Assembly: GCF_902652985.1 (NCBI RefSeq)
Contig: NC_047016.1
Span: forward strand, 13,950,001 to 14,014,000
Origin: Pecten maximus
Taxonomy: Eukaryota
Length of the DNA stretch: 64,000 nt
Direction of reading: 5' to 3'
The notes beneath the pieces were generated by a model. It was not told the DNA's origin. It did not search any database and saw nothing but the letters and a program-made list of their open reading frames with translations. Both the position numbers and the translations under genes were made by a program. Each line of letters opens with the position of its first letter. Positions within the stretch are counted from its first letter, which is position 1. Below, one piece after another: positions 28,996 to 42,176 of this stretch.

Positions 28996-30256
28996 ACCAG
29001 TATCTATGCCAGTGTTTTGACTGTTTTGCCTGACAATATTCCTCCAGTATCATGTGTCACATATATATTGTGGTTTCTTTTGTTAAATACACTTTGAGGA
29101 TCACATAGCTCATTGAGATCTCTTTCTAATGTGTCAGTTTTCAAGTTATGTTTTACCTTCAGTGTGGAAAGTCTTTTTTTTTTTTAAATGAAACCTAAAA
29201 AAAAAAAAAATTTGAAGCATGCCAAAGGCTTAAGTTTGGCATTGGTTCATCTGGTTAGATATGATAAGGAGCCTTTACCTCTGCATCTGTAGTGTGATAT
29301 CTTAGAGTGAAGAGTCGAAGTTGAAATCAGCACCACAAGATCAAATCTCGGTCTAAGCTTACTTCATATTTAATTGTAAACCACCAATAGGGTTAAAAAG
29401 CAATTGCTTCTTTTAAATGGAAAATGGATTTATGTAACATATTCTGATTACATTTCATCAAGTGCAAAATTGATATTGATGTTGCTGTCCATAATCTTAC
29501 AGCTTATAAAGATAAATAACTTCTTCAGTCTGCTTTAACATACTATCTACTGGAAAGTTATGTTAAGTTGCATAACAATAATTTTCTGTAGATAAGGTTA
29601 GGGTATGTTGAGACTGATGCGCTTAGAAGATAAAGAAGTTTACAATAATTAATGGAGCTCACATTGATGTACCTCAATATATCACATTGTGCTTGTTTCT
29701 TGGACACACTCAATGCCAGTCTCTAATACTGCCAAGCTATTCTCTTTGGTAAAACTACCCTAACAAATTAGCCATTGCCACAAAAGATCTCATAGTGATG
29801 TGTGGCACTGGTTAATGTAATGTGCCAGACAGTGTTGGCAGAAAAAAAATTGTTCATGAATGTCGATATCATGAAGATTAATTTTGTTTTGTTACCCTGT
29901 AATTTAATGGTTCCTTCATAAAAACAAATTAAGTATCTGAATTACCTTTGCTCTAGTGTTGAAATGTTATCTGGCTATATCATGATGGAATTATTTCCAA
30001 TGTTCATACATCCAAAATATATTTCAAAATATATCTTAAAAGATGTACCATTGTGTGATATGTATTGTGATTCTATGATTTTTATTGTGTTCAATTTGTT
30101 TGCAATAAAATATGTTCAAATCAAATCAATCAAATTTATTCAAACTAAAAAAATGTTCTTTTTAATTTGATGTTGGTCATTAAACAATATATGTAGCAGG
30201 TACATGTGGTTGTGGCAACTGTAAAAAGGAATACCTAGGCCTGTTAACAGCTGATC

Positions 30257-30422
30257 TGGCCCCCTGGATTCAACAACGATCCTTAACTGATGGGAATTCT
30301 TCCACACATACATTTGCATTATTGGAGCTAAGGAAAAAATCTTAGTTGAGGCACTACTTAAGTTCTCTAATGCTTTCCTCTGGGTTATGTTGACTTAAGG
30401 AATGTTGATGAAACTGGGTCCA
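30257..30422. mobile_element. Degenerate short MITE
   Basis: Left TGGCCCCCTGGATTCAACAACGATCCTTAA resembles the reverse complement of the right end TGGACCCAGTTTCATCAACATTCCTTAA. Confidence 0.5.
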
Positions 30423-31199
30423 TATGTAATGAAATAGAATCAGTTGTAAAAACATGATTACACGTTTAGATACCATCGACTACAATTAAACGTAATATAT
30501 TGATGACTGTCCTCCGGAACTCAGAGCTCAGTCCAATATGCTTATTTGTTTTCAAATCCTTAAATGACCTTGCTCCTGAAAAAGCCTTGGTTGAAAGCTG
30601 ATAATTACATTTAAAAACTATGACCAAACCAAAATCAGAAGTTTAGAAAAAAAGTTTTAGCTTCTCCAGTGTTCTATTCTTTAAAGTGTTCAGCAAACCC
30701 CATCACTGCAATCCTTCTAAGTTAAACTAAAAAAAAAGAAAAACAAAAAACAATTGGTATAATTGATCTGAATCATTACATGTGTCTTTGTTTATTTTTA
30801 CCACCAAAGGTCAGAGGTCATGGTCAAATATTGTGCATATTTTCATTGAGGAAAATTTTTTATTATGACATGATGAAGCTAAGTTATTCACAATTAAACG
30901 AGGAGTTTACTGACCAAAGGACAAGTCACCAGCTTTTTGATAATGAACATTTTGTTGTGACTATGAATCAGTGTTTGTTAGTCAACTGTCTAAAGGTCAA
31001 GGTCACAGATTCAAAGGTCAATGTGAAATTTTTTAGCTAATGACTGATGAATTCAAAATTTTGCTAGAACAGTATGAAGCAACATTGGTTGGATATTAAC
31101 AGGGAGCCAACTGACTTAAGGTCAAGGTCAATTGGTCTGAATGAAAGGATACGGACAAAAGATCAAGGTCGCTGGATCATAGTTTGTTGGGTTGATCAC

Positions 31200-31450
31200 C
31201 TCGTGAACAGCTAATGTTATGTGGGAGCTTGGACTGCTTTTAGTAGGTAGTGGCTACCTCACGGTACAACATAGGGGAGGCCCTTCGCATGACCAGAGCA
31301 GTTAGGATTAGGTGTTTTTCAGAAGGGTCTGTTTCTTAGCTTCTGAGAATACAAACCACCACACGGGTAAAATATCGAACCACTCGCCTGGAAACTTCAC
31401 TTGAGGTGATGTGGCCAACACTCTAACCAACTGATATGAGCTATTGCAGT
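31200..31450 (-). mobile_element. Degenerate tRNA-headed SINE-like sequence
   Basis: Minus strand TCAGTTGGTTAGAGTGTTGGCC (A-box-like) followed by GTGGTTCGAT (B-box-like). Confidence 0.4.
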
Positions 31451-32384
31451 CCCTCACTGGATCAAAAGTCAAGGCAATTTGGGTCCTTAGTTCAAAAACA
31501 AAGTACTGGATCTCTGTATGTGACTCTGACTCTAGATAGAGGAGGTTCTGAAATAAAACAAATCAAAACGAAGAAATGAAGATTGCACCAGTATTTTTAT
31601 CTGTGTTAGCACAGCAAATATGGTGGTGGAAGATAATTAGTCACATAGTTAATGTGAAATATATATTTTGTTTTCTTGCGATTATTGTTGAAGTCCAAAT
31701 GTCAAGCATCAACTTCTGCTATATGAGCAGATGTCTTTTGCTTATTATGGGTGATATATGGCCACAACACATGTTCCTCACTGACCTGTCAGTGTTCTAG
31801 TTCACTTTGTATTGTACATGGTTTACATGAATTGATGTATTGTATAATCATGTATCAAGTGCTATGTATCCATGTGTTTCTGAATCGAGTGTTTATATGT
31901 TATCTTGTTATTTGAGGGCCATGTGGAAGATTAGCATCACGTTATACATGTCTGGCGCGGATCCAGGAATTTGAAAGGGGGGGGGGGGGGGGGGGGGGGT
32001 CCAGTAATTTTTTTGGCGAAGGGTCTGGGGGCCAAAATTTTGGAAAATGGAAATAATTATAGCAAATTTGTTTTTTTTTCGATAAGCTGGGGGGGGAGGG
32101 AGGGGGGGGGGTGGCATAGGCGGGTTTTTTTTTTTAAGGCTATAAAAAAAAATTCCTTGTCTGAAAAAGATCCGGGGGGGGGGGGGGGGGGGGGGGGTCA
32201 GGACACAGCAGGTCTCTTTGCTATTGAGAAATCATTGTTTCAAGATTTAAACCTTTTCGACCTATGTGACCTTGTCACCCCAGCATGATACAGGACATTA
32301 TATCAAGTCCCTGGGCCTCTTGGTTATTAAGAAGAATTTGTTTAAAAGATTTTAACCTATTTTTACCCTGTGGCCTTGAATCAT

Positions 32385-33146
32385 ATGATGGTGGGCTATT
32401 CAAATCACCTTGCGTCCGTTGTTCCTCCGTCCGTAAACAATTCTTGTTATCGCTATTTCTGAGAAAGAAATGAAGGGATCTTTCTCAAATTTCATATGCA
32501 GGTTCCCCTTGGTCTTTAGTTATGTGATTTTGGGACCAATCGGAAAACAACATGGCCGACAGGCAGCCATCTTGGATTGTGACAATTGAAGTTTATTATC
32601 GCTATTTCACAAAAGTATTGAAAGAATCTTTCTGAAATTTGATATATAGGTTGCCCTTGGTCCCTAGTTATGCATATTTTATTTTGGGACCAGTCGGATA
32701 ACAACATGGCCGAGAAGCAGCCACCTTGGATTTTGACATATAGGTTGCCCTTGGTCCCTAGTTATGCATATTTTATTTTGGGACCAGTCGGATAACAACA
32801 TGGCCGAGAAGCAGCCACCTTGGATTTTGACAATTAAAGATTGTTATCGCTATTTCTCAGAAAGTACTTAAGGGATCTTTCTAAAATTTCATATGTATGT
32901 TGCCCTTGGTCTGTCTTATTGCATTTTGGGACCAATCTGAAAACAACATGGTCGACAGACAGCCATTATCGCTAAATCTCAAATTTCATATATAAGTTCC
33001 CCTTGTTTGAAAAGTGCTGGAGGGATGTTTATCAATTTACACAGATTAGTAAGAGGAAGGGAAAAATAGAGAGAAGATCAATCTGACATGGAACCTATAA
33101 AGATCATTCAATGGTGGTCGCCAAGATCCCTCTGGGATCTCTTGTT
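32385..33146 (-). mobile_element. HINE-like element with internal tandem cores
   Basis: CGTC microsatellite-like tract at the left; 3-4 cores (TTGGGACCAATCGGAAAACAACATGGCCGA); terminal palindrome GATCCCTCTGGGATC then TCTTGTT. Confidence 0.7.
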
Positions 33147-33279
33147 ACATCAGGATTGTGTTCATCTCTTGATGCCCAGCAAGGCTATATATGGTTATGG
33201 GGTGGGAATCTAAATGGTTTCAAAGATGAAAAGAATGAAACAAGTCTTCAGGGGTGAGGAAAGATCCTAGGGGTGGGGG

Positions 33280-33704
33280 TGCCAGACCAATTATTTGTAT
33301 AAATTTGAATCCCAGCCTCCTGGGGATGTTACCACTGAAATATCAATATCATAGGATACATTGCTTAGTTCCTTAAGAAGTCATTATTATCAATATTGCC
33401 GTATGGACCCATTCTGGGCCCGCCACTTAGGCCACCAGGGGGTCAGCCCCCACTATTTGTACAATTTTGAATCCCTACCCTAAAAGAATGCTACCAATCA
33501 AATTTAAGCATGTACTCCTTTTCTACCCACCCCTCGGCCCCCTGGGGGGCAGGTGGACCATTTATAGTTTTCTGAATCCCCACCACCTAGGAATGCAGCC
33601 TGTCAATCATGATTGATATTCATAGCTTACTTCCAGATAATTAATTGTTTATATCAGTTTAGCCAAATTATTCCATTTGGCCCTGCCCCTCATGCTACCG
33701 GGAA

Positions 33705-33740
<36 letters not shown>

Positions 33741-34290
33741 TTCCCACCATTTGTACAATAATGAATCCCCACCCCATAACGATGCTGCCGAAATGAACGA
33801 TATTCATTGCTTAATTCCAAAGAAATCGTTTTTATAAATTAATCCAAATTGACCCCTTTTGGCCCCGCCCTCAGGCCCCCAGGAGATCAGCCCCACCATT
33901 TGTACAATCTTGTATCCCTATCTTATAAGGATGTTACCAGTCAAATATGAGCGACATCCATGACTTAATTTCAGAGAAGTTCGTTTATATCAAATTTAGC
34001 CAAATTGAACTCTTTTGGCCTTACCCCTCAGGCCCCCAGGGGGTCAGCCCCACCATTTGTACAATTTTGTACCCCTACCCCATAAGGAAGCATCAAATTT
34101 AATATGAGCAATATTCATTCCTTAGTTTCAGAAAAGAAGTTGTTTATATCAAATTTAGCCAAATTGAACTCTTTTGGCCAAACCCCTCAGGTCCCCGGGG
34201 GTCAGCCCCACCATTTGTACAATTTCAAATCCCCACCTCATAATGATCATAATGGTCCTATTGGTCCTTAGGACCAAGTGAGCTAAAAAA
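33280..34290 (+). mobile_element. HINE-like element with GC-rich cores of about 140 bp and a 3' hairpin
   Basis: Repeated GGGTCAGCCCCACCATTTGTACAAT cores; ends TTGGTCCTTAGGACCAA hairpin then GTGAGCT and an A-run; cores related to the reverse complement of 12790-13628. Confidence 0.7.
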
Positions 34291-35236
34291 GAAAGAAAAC
34301 ATTCAAAAGTGGAGAAAAGATCAGTCCGACGTATAACCATAAAAGATCATTCTGGGATATCTTGTTTGTGTTTTACTCTTGTGATAGCTATAAAAACGTT
34401 TAAGAGATCGTATTTAGATATTGAAATCAATAGCTAAAAACATATCATTTGTATAGTTAGTAAATGGCACGTCGTCAAGGCATGTTGTGTATTTATTGTT
34501 TGTGACAAGAAACATTACGATGTGTTTATCACACGGGTTAAACACTTAGATTAATGAACTGTAACATTGTAAAAAATGATAATATTCTTATTTCAAAAAG
34601 GTAAATTATATCTGTAATATAAATACTAGCATTAGGAGAATACCGACATCAAGTTAAGTCAAAACATGTCTATCAAAATTGTTTATAAATATTGGCAATT
34701 ACTAAGCAAAATCATTTTTATATGGAAAATAAGGCAATTTGTCTATTAACTAAATATTAAACCCGTGTACGGGGGAAGAAAACTATCATTAAATATCCAG
34801 TGTTACGAACTGTACACTTTGTAACAATGCTTGTTCCAACATGGACCATAATGAGATAATTGATCAGCATTAACACGTGCAATATAAGAACGAACGTACC
34901 TCGGTGAATCACTCCCTGAAAACGTACCGGTGAGCTACGTCACATATTCGGTATCACATACTGGTAAGCTTGCTGAATGTTTAAACTCGATTAGTTCTTA
35001 AATCAAAACGAATTCGTACAGAAATGTATAATTTACAGTTTTATCATACATACAACGTAAATGTGTAAACGGTAATTTTGTGCCTATATTTAGTAAACAT
35101 GTCTCTCGTTATAACTATAAATGTATCTCGTTATAACTATAAATGTATCTCGTTATAACTATAAATGTATAGATCTTCGCAACAACTTACACCCAGTCTA
35201 TATTTTCAGTCCAATTAAGGAGGAACCTGTTTACAG

Positions 35237-36400
35237 ATGGCAGGGAGAGGAAACGCGTGTGGTATGTGCGTTCGATACTCCTAATTAAGATTAAGTGAAA
35301 GAAGACGTAGTCGGAATTTTAACATTCACACGGTTGGACTTATTAATCTTTACCAAGCTGACTTTGTGGTCAATTGATTCCAGGGAGAAAAACTCATTTA
35401 GCGAAGGTATATTTTCTCTACGTTCATTTAATATAGTTGTAAATAGATTATTTGTTTCTGCATTGTAGGAGGCACATCCAAATCGGAATTGCGTGTGCTG
35501 GTGGTTGGGGAAACTGGATGTGGGAAAAGTGTGACAGGCAACGCATTGCTCGGCGCTGATCTCTTTACCACTGGCGCTGAGGCTAAAGCTTACCCGAAAG
35601 ACAAATGCTTCCGCGGGGAGAGTGACAAGTTCAAAGGATGGGAGAAAGTCGTAGTTGTGGACACCCCAGGAAAGTTTTTCCGTATCAGTGATCAAGACGA
35701 AAAAATGAAGAAGGGCGAGATCACGAAAATTGCCGGAATAATGTCTCCTGGGCCACATGTGATTATTCTCGTTCTCACCAAAGTCAAGACAGATAACAGG
35801 GTAAGGAAGAATGAGGAGAAAATCGCACAGTTCTACACAAAATCGTTCGGCAAGAACATCGAAAACCATTTCGTATTTCTGTTTGCCGGTGAAGATGATG
35901 ATGCCACCGCAAAAGCAACTGTACCCAAAGACAATTACCTGTATCGTCTAATGAGAGATACACCCAGGAATTACCTGGCTTTCAATGCGACGGCTGCAGG
36001 TAAGGATAAGAATACGGAAAAGCTGCATCGCATCGTCAGTGGCGTTGTCGACGAAAACAATGGGAATTTCCATACTGACAAGACATTTAAAGATGTCCAA
36101 ATGAAAAACGAAGAAAGAGCACAAGAACTTAAGGGACAGGAAGATAATCTTTATCGTCATGATATTGAAAAACTGAAGAAAGACCAGAAACAGAAGATGG
36201 ATGAACTAATACGTAGATACGATAGGTGGATAAAAGAGGCTGAGATGGCACACAAGAAGAAACTACACCCAGATAGTCTAACGTCACAGGTACGTGACGA
36301 GTACCAGAACGAGACGGGAATATGGTATACCATTGCCGACGTGACAATATATCTCTGGGAGGTTTTCTCTCCCTATGTTAAAAAGTTTTTCAAAAAGTGA
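35237..36400 (+). CDS. GIMAP/IAN (AIG1-domain) GTPase-like protein, 2 coding exons
   Basis: Exons 35237-35261 and 35469-36400 in phase (MAGRGNACGGTSKSELRVLVVGETGCGKSVTGNALLG); VVVVDTPG, PGPHVIILVL, LAFN; charged coiled-coil-like tail and an aromatic C-terminal helix. The first exon is less certain. Confidence 0.88.
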
Positions 36401-37015
36401 ACACAGTTTCGATTTTGATAGACATTTGCATGCACACAGAGTATAGTTCAATATACCAGCACCTGTATAAATTTCATCAGAGGATTTCTATGTTGGAACC
36501 AGGAGGAGTGAATTGCTTTATACCCCGGCATGTACATGTATGTTGGTGTCTGCCAATCTAGACCATGTTTTCATATTTTGAAGAGTATGTTAACTGTTTT
36601 GCCATGTATAACCCATCGTTATATAATCTTATATATCAATATAGCTAGCAAAATTTTAGATTGTAAATTTTAACATTAAAATTGTTGTGATTACAACCAC
36701 TTTGACTTTATTATGTTTTTTACGGCGAAGAGAGTGATTTTTATAGCAATGTAAATATCATCATTTTAATCATTTATAATCACAAATATAAAATCTAAGT
36801 AGAATGTCTGTCTCACATTAGCACAGGTACTTGGCACACATTCTCAAACCCAGGCCCGTATAATGTGTTATAATACAATATACGAGCCGGTGGGTTAGTC
36901 ATTGTGAAAATTACGTTTATACTATACATTAGATATGGTCTCATTTCCTCAATTTCCATTTGCTAAAACATGGAGGTTCGTATTTTCAGATATTTACCTG
37001 ATGTTTCTAATTCTA

Positions 37016-37760
37016 AACAAGAGGCCCATGGGCCGTAACGGTCTCTTGAAGTTTGATATATTTTAGCATATTTGACTCCTGTGACCTTGAATGAAAGTTA
37101 AGGTCATTCATTTAAACATTTTTATAGTCTTTTACCCAAGAATGCTACAAACCCAATATGAGGTATCTGGGTCTCTTGGTTATCAAGAAGTTGTTTAAAT
37201 ATTTTAGCATGTTTGACCCCTGTGACCTTGAATGAAAGTCAATGTCGATCATTTGAACAATCTTTATAGCCCTTTACCCTAGAATGCTTCAAACGCAATA
37301 CCAGGTCTCCGGGCCTATCGGTTATTATGAAGAATTTGTTTGACCCCTGTGACCTTCGATGAAGGTCAAGGTCATCCATTTAAACAAACTTGCTAGCCCT
37401 TCAACCTAGCATGCTACAGACCTAATACTGGGTATCTGGGCATTTTGTTATCAAGAAGTCATTTAAGATTTTAGTACACATGTATATTTGACTCCTGTGA
37501 ACTTGAATGAAGGTCACGGTCATCCATTTGAACAAACTTGGTATCCCTTCAGCCCAGCATACTACAGAACTTATATTGGGTCTCTGGGCCTTTTGGTTAT
37601 CAAGAAGAATGGGCCTGTTGCTACATGATACAGACCAAATATCAGGTCTCTGGGCCTGTTGGTAATTGAGAAGAAGTTGAAAATGTAAATTGTTTACGAC
37701 ACACGACAACCGATGCCGGACAGGTGATTGCAATAAGAATTCGTCTCGGGTACCCTAAAC
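37016..37760 (+). mobile_element. HINE-like element with 4 or more cores of about 140 bp
   Basis: Starts AACAAGAGGCCCATGGGCC; cores TTTGACCCCTGTGACCTTGAATGAA; ACGAC-type microsatellite near the 3' end. Confidence 0.75.
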
Positions 37761-37996
37761 AATAAGGACGTTTGATTCAGTTAATTTGGTGTTTTACCAC
37801 CCTGGTAGAATCTGAAATATTGATCTATGTCAGTATTTGATTCTACAAGATTAATATAACACCATATTAACATCACCAAATGTCCATAACTGATATATGT
37901 AATTAATTCCCAGAGTATGAAATGTACACAGTGATAACAAGATAAAGCCTATATTGTTTCTCTTTTAAATTCCCATTTAATGATGCTTTTAAATTT

Positions 37997-38145
37997 GGAT
38001 GATCTTTGGCACAGTGGTAACACACTTGCCTTTCACCTAGGTGGCCGGGGTTCAATTCCAAGATTGGACATGAAAAGGTATGGGGTCACCTGCACGATAA
38101 CCTGGGTAATTTCCAAGTATTTCGGTTTCCTCCCAATAAGACCCT
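37997..38145 (+). mobile_element. tRNA-derived SINE, degenerate, with a V-domain-like core
   Basis: A box TGGCACAGTGG and B box GGTTCAATTCC, no acceptor stem, followed by TCGGTTTCCTCCCA. Confidence 0.7.
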
Positions 38146-41033
38146 ATGATTTCCAAAAATTAATCAGTTTTTAAGAACTGATGTTTAATCTGAACTGTTA
38201 GCATGCTGGCCAATACAACAGGCTTAATGACATTGGATTTCAAAGATCTTTTCAAAGATTATGAAGCACAGAATACCAGACCCATATAACCTGTTGTTTG
38301 TTTTTTATATTGGTATACTGTAACTCAGCTTAATCATCAAGCAGCGATTTAGAAAATATTTAAATGAAAACAAACAAATCCGAGATTAATATTTAATTAA
38401 AAACCTCATTACATGTATATGCAAATATTGCACGATACCAGTACCATGGATATATCGGGCCATAAAAATATTAACTTCGAAAATATGGCGTAAATATAAA
38501 AATATTTTGATCTACAACATAAAAGTGCATTAATTATACAAAGAGATATTACACAGATAAGACTTGTTTTTCTCTGCAATAAGCATGATAAAACCATGTG
38601 ATAAACAGCCAAATTCTCCCAAATACACATTGCTTAGTTTATGTCATCAAGTAAATAAACATCCTGCGAATAAACCAAAGTGCCAGTTACTTTGACGAGA
38701 AGAAATGTTTACATCGCTCCATGATTAAATAATGAGTATTCACAACCTTTGTGTCCCTCACAAACAATGAGATTGCACCATCCTTTACACATATTATATG
38801 TACTGTCACAATCTATAAAATACAAATCATGAGTAAATGACAATTTGATGATTGTTTTGGTCTAATTTACATATTGCTGAAACAAGTGTTTTTTAAAGTG
38901 ACTATCAATTATACTGTTTCAGTTAATGCAATCTAAATTATATCCAGAGCTGTACATTCAACAGAACAGAACTTTTGGTCTTGTTTTCTAGTCTAGTCAT
39001 CATTGTTGAAGACTTTCAAGGGGGTATAGGTCTGTGGTGATTTATGCTGGACAAGTCACATTAAAAAACTGAACTTGATTCGTGACAAATAAGTTATATT
39101 TCACCTAATATGAGGTGAACACTTTGATATTTTCATGAACATATACATGTACTAGAAGTAAAATACATATGAAAAATTTAATTAAAAGAAGAATATTTTA
39201 TTTATTTATGTTTTCTTTTAAATGCTATGAGCTTTCATAAACAGATAATCCATCTTCCACTGAAAATGTCGAGACAAGTTATGTTATTAATAAGACAACA
39301 TCTGGTTACTTGGCTTTTGTGTATCAGTTATGTCACACTAAATCATTCTCTGTGATCAGTCAATTTGGAGTGAAAATAGAAAATATTTATTTGTCACAGT
39401 AGAAAAATATTGACAATATTTAAAATATGATATTTATTTCAGTGGTAAAAGACCTATTTATAATAGGAGATTTTCTCTTTAGCTCATCCAGCAGAGCATT
39501 AGTAAACCAGATGTCCTGGATTTGATCCCTAGCAGCAGCACTGAAAATTAATGAAGTCTATATATAACAATAGTTTTATGAACAACATCTTCAGGATCCC
39601 ACAAGTCTCTCCTCTTGTTGTTTGAGCAACTCTATCAACATAAATATATTGTTTAACAATTAGTATAAGGATTGTATGTCATATTGTTTACCTGGTTTTC
39701 CAAACAGTATATGTTTTTGGGCAGATTTAGATATATTGTAGTTTTGTCAAATATCCAGTTTTCAAGTACAATGTACATGTAATATCCACAACCTTTCAAC
39801 ATGTTCACAGTCACAGAGTATATGTACATGTAAGTGTTTTATCTTCTTGTTTACAAAAAGTACAGGTAGAATCACCAAGTATATTAATTTTTGTAAGGTA
39901 ATTGTTGTTTGCTAGTATTCTGTGTGCAAATCTGTACTGTAGCCATCTCAAAGAAACATCATTTGTTGTTTTAAACACTGTTATTTGTAGTAATTTAAGT
40001 TCAACTTAACTGATTTCTAATGCATTGAACCATTTTTCAATGTTCCTTGTATTAAATTTGATATTAGAAATAAAAATGTTGCACATCCCAAAAGCCTTTT
40101 TAATTTCTAATGAAAGTTTTTTTTATATAAATTGCTATAAAAGGATGAACAGTGTCAACAATGGTGAGGTTTTGACTAAACCCAGATCTAGACCATATCA
40201 TTCTAACAGCTCGTCTCAAACCATAAAAAAGTGTATTGTGGTGGGGAAAAGTCTTATGTTTTGTCAAAAATTTCATATGAATAGAAAGTTTTCATTTTTT
40301 CAAATCAAATCTGACAAGTATCTTTCTTCTTTATTAAACCAGGTGTGATAGAATACTGGAGCATTATTCACCTTGATACGTGTATTATACCAAACCAGCA
40401 TATCATTAGATCACCTTGATATGTGTATTATACCAAACTGGCATATCATTAGATCACTTATCTTAACCTCAATTTTTCCAATATATTCTTCATAGGTTAA
40501 AAATTCTACCTTCCAGAATCGATTGTTATATTTCTGTTATAGGTTTATATAATAATTGTCCCCCAAGACTAACAACTTGTTGATATCCGTGGCACATACA
40601 TCTGTCAATAATTGTCCAATTGACATCAGAGTTGGTAATTCTACGTATCCAGGTTAATTTCAAGAATTTTTGTCATGTTCCATATCAATTTAAAAATGTG
40701 TTTTTCAATTCTTTCAAAAAATTATCATAAGGTTTTGGAATTCATTATAAAAGTGACCAACTTCTGTTAGAAATGTAAAAAGGATCATTGAGAATTATTA
40801 CAATATTGATAAATATAAATCGCAAACAGACTATTCCTCCAATAATGGAGGCTTTTTCACAACCTAGTTTATCAATAGACACCAGATCAAGTTTTCACTA
40901 CCTTACGATTTTTATCATCAAATTGGAAATAAGGGATTTAAATTACGTATGCTATGCTACTTTTGAAGGCAAATGTACATGAACAATACAATTACTGATT
41001 AAAAGAGATTCCAGTACTGATATAGACATAAAT

Positions 41034-41122
41034 TGTTGAACCTCTATATAAAGGACACATCACTATAAAGGACACTTTTGCCTTGTCCCTTAAGTGTCCT
41101 TTATACACAGGTTCGACTGTAG
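41034..41122. mobile_element. Short Tigger-like MITE relic
   Basis: TTGAACCTCTATATAAAGGACAC pairs with GTGTCCTTTATACACAGGTTCGACTG followed by TA. Confidence 0.6.
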
Positions 41123-41519
41123 TATGTGTATGCAAGTGTATATGAACATTGTCTTTTTGTACCATGTAAATATTATGTGAAAAAAAATATTAATAAAAAG
41201 GAGAAGATCTCTCTAGCCGAGCGGTATATTGCGACTAGTATTTTCCAGTGTTACACTTGTACTTGCGTATAGTGCGCAGTGGTCTTTTTCACTTGTCAAT
41301 TTTTGAAAAAAAGTGTGCACTATACGCGAATATTTACGGTATTAAAAAATAAAATGAAAATAAAAAAACTCTATAAAGTGAGGTTGGACAGTTCATGATC
41401 AGATAGGTAACAAGTTCAGTGTTCCCAAGGTCTCTGTACAGACAAACACCCTGAACGTCCATCTGGTCATCTTAAATGTCTTGTGTCCACACCAGGTAGG
41501 TCATTAGGTTTTTCTCTAT

Positions 41520-42132
41520 ATCAGTGTCCATGTTGACAAAGGTGGGCAGTCCATAGGTACCTCTGACATCACATGTCCATTGTCCATAGGTACCTCTGAC
41601 ATCACACTGTCCATGTTGACACTGAGGTGGGCAGTCCATAGGTACCTCTGACACCACACTGTCCATGTTGACACTGAGGTGGGCAGTCCACAGGTACCTC
41701 TGACACCACACTGTCCACAGGTACCTCTGACACCACACTGTCCACAGGTACCTCTGACACCACACTGTCCATGTTGACACTGAGGTGGGCAGTCCACAGG
41801 TACCTCTGACACCACACTGTCAATGTTGACACTGAGGTGGGCAGTCCACAGGTACCTCTGACACCACACTGTCCATGTTAACACTGAGGTGGGCAGTCCA
41901 CAGGTACCTCTGACATCACACTGTCAATGTTGACACTGAGGTGGGCAGTCCATAGGTACCTCTGACATCACACTGTCCATGTTGACACTGAGGTGGGCAG
42001 TCCACAGGTACCTCTGACATCACACTGTCCATGTTGACACTGAGGTGGGCAGTCCACAGGTACCTCTGACATCACACTGTCAATGTTGACACTGAGGTGG
42101 GCAGTCCATAGATACCTCTGACATCACAGTGT
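41520..42132. repeat. 52-bp (25+27) tandem repeat just downstream of the ISPD stop
   Basis: Unit TGTCCATGTTGACACTGAGGTGGGCAGTCCACAGGTACCTCTGACA(C/T)CACAC, with separately expanded 27-bp subunits at about 41685-41765. Confidence 0.93.
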
Positions 42133-42176
42133 CCTTATTCATCGAGATAATTTTATATTCCATTCAGATCTGGCTG

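Noticed and set aside
31908-32288. Poly-Gly and poly-Pro ORFs
   Set aside because: Produced by G homopolymers in a repeat relic
35291-35869. 192-aa antisense ORF
   Set aside because: Shadow of the GIMAP exon with no recognisable motifs
38000-38060. Possible tRNA gene
   Set aside because: A and B boxes are present but there is no acceptor stem, and it continues into a SINE body; the same applies to 43680-43756
41472-41884. Repetitive Cys/Trp-rich ORFs
   Set aside because: Artefacts of the 52/27-bp array downstream of the ISPD stop
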